This document shows positions 62,896 through 64,000 of a stretch of 64,000 nucleotides of DNA, in pieces. Below the pieces are notes generated by a model that saw only the letters and a list, made by a program, of their open reading frames with translations, had not been told where the DNA came from and made no database searches. Origin of the DNA: Aotus nancymaae. Lineage: Eukaryota. Where the stretch lies: assembly GCF_030222135.1 (NCBI RefSeq), contig NW_026988422.1, positions 32,682,919 through 32,746,918 of the forward strand, given 5' to 3'. Both the position numbers and the translations under genes were made by a program. How positions within the stretch are numbered: position 1 is the first letter of the stretch; the number at the start of each line of letters is the position of its first letter.

Positions 62896-63170
62896 CTGGT
62901 GTGGTGGCTCACGCCTGTAATCCCAACACTTTGGGAGGCCGAGGCAGGCAGATCAGTTCAAGGTCAGCCTGGCCAACATGGTGAAACCCTGTCTCTACTA
63001 AAAATACAAAAATTAGCCAGGCATGGTAGTGTGCGCCTGTAGTCCAGCTACTCTGGAGGCTGAGGCACGAGAATCGCTTGAACCCGGGGGGCGGAGGTTG
63101 CTGTAAGCCAAAACTGCACCACAGCACTCCAGGCTGGGCAACAGAGTGAGACCCTATCTATATAAAAAAG
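62896..63170 (+). mobile_element. Alu element.
   Basis: Alu consensus with a target-site duplication ggttatcct. Confidence 0.9.
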
Positions 63171-63540
63171 AAGGTTATCCTATAAAATGCTCCATTTTCT
63201 AGATTTGTATATTTTTCTTCCCCTTGTGGTTTTGTCTAACTTGTTCCTTTAGCCTTTCAACTTCCTATAAACTTGACTTTAGATCTAAAGAGTTGAATAG
63301 ATTCAAGTTAAATATTTTGGCCAGAATAATCCATAGGTGATGTGGAGTATGAGGTTTAATTGTGTAACAGTACATGTTAATAGGACAGTTTCATTGTCAT
63401 AACCAAGGCATTGGTACACAAGCATGCTTACTGAAGCCTGACATCAGTGACAGTGGATGGAGATGATCTGCCCAGATGGAAATGGAAAATAAATCACATT
63501 CTTTCTCTAGGACTCAACTCAGTTTCCTTATTTGATTGAT

Positions 63541-63843
<303 letters not shown>

Positions 63844-64000
63844 TAAAGGGAATAATTGAATTAGGTTATTTTGAAGGTCTCAAGTTTCAGATCTCATGAT
63901 TCTATAAATTATACCAAGATCAGGAGAGGGTTATGCAGAGAAAAGCTGAGACAAATGGAAAACATTAAAGACTAAATCTTAGGCAAGAAGAGACAGTAAT

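Overview
This is Alu-rich primate genomic DNA, not prokaryotic: there are no CRISPR arrays, operons or rRNA genes, and I could not recognise any tRNA gene by eye. The window is orthologous to human 14q11.2 in reverse-complement orientation. Exon translations identify four complete protein-coding genes whose CDS lengths match the human proteins exactly: PNP on the minus strand (6 coding exons, 289 aa), PIP4P1/TMEM55B on the plus strand (7 coding exons, 277 aa), APEX1 on the minus strand (4 coding exons plus a non-coding exon 1, 318 aa) and OSGEP on the plus strand (11 coding exons, 335 aa). A large GC-rich BTB-motif coding exon at 59.2-59.9 kb is most likely the first coding exon of KLHL33 (plus strand), with the rest of the gene beyond the window. 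APEX1 and OSGEP share a CpG-island bidirectional promoter carrying four CACGTG E-boxes and a CCAAT box. PIP4P1 and APEX1 are convergent with 3' ends about 100 bp apart. Amino-acid differences from the human proteins, together with Alu copies ending in the variant GGGTAACAAGAGCGAAACTC, suggest a non-human catarrhine, probably an Old World monkey. About 46 Alu elements make up over 20% of the window, and many keep target-site duplications. There are also MaLR LTR fragments, one L1-like fragment, microsatellites ((CA)n, (GT)n, (AAAG)n, (AT)n and a (GGC)n in the PIP4P1 5'UTR), a 60-bp minisatellite, a 480-bp dispersed direct duplication and a perfect 58-bp palindrome. The most interesting signal is a set of splice-site-bounded, clarin-like four-transmembrane coding segments on the minus strand at 55.05-57.14 kb, between OSGEP and KLHL33, an interval where I know of no annotated human gene. 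The reading frame is not continuous, so this may be a pseudogene or a lineage-specific gene, and it includes an 80-bp exon-like duplication.
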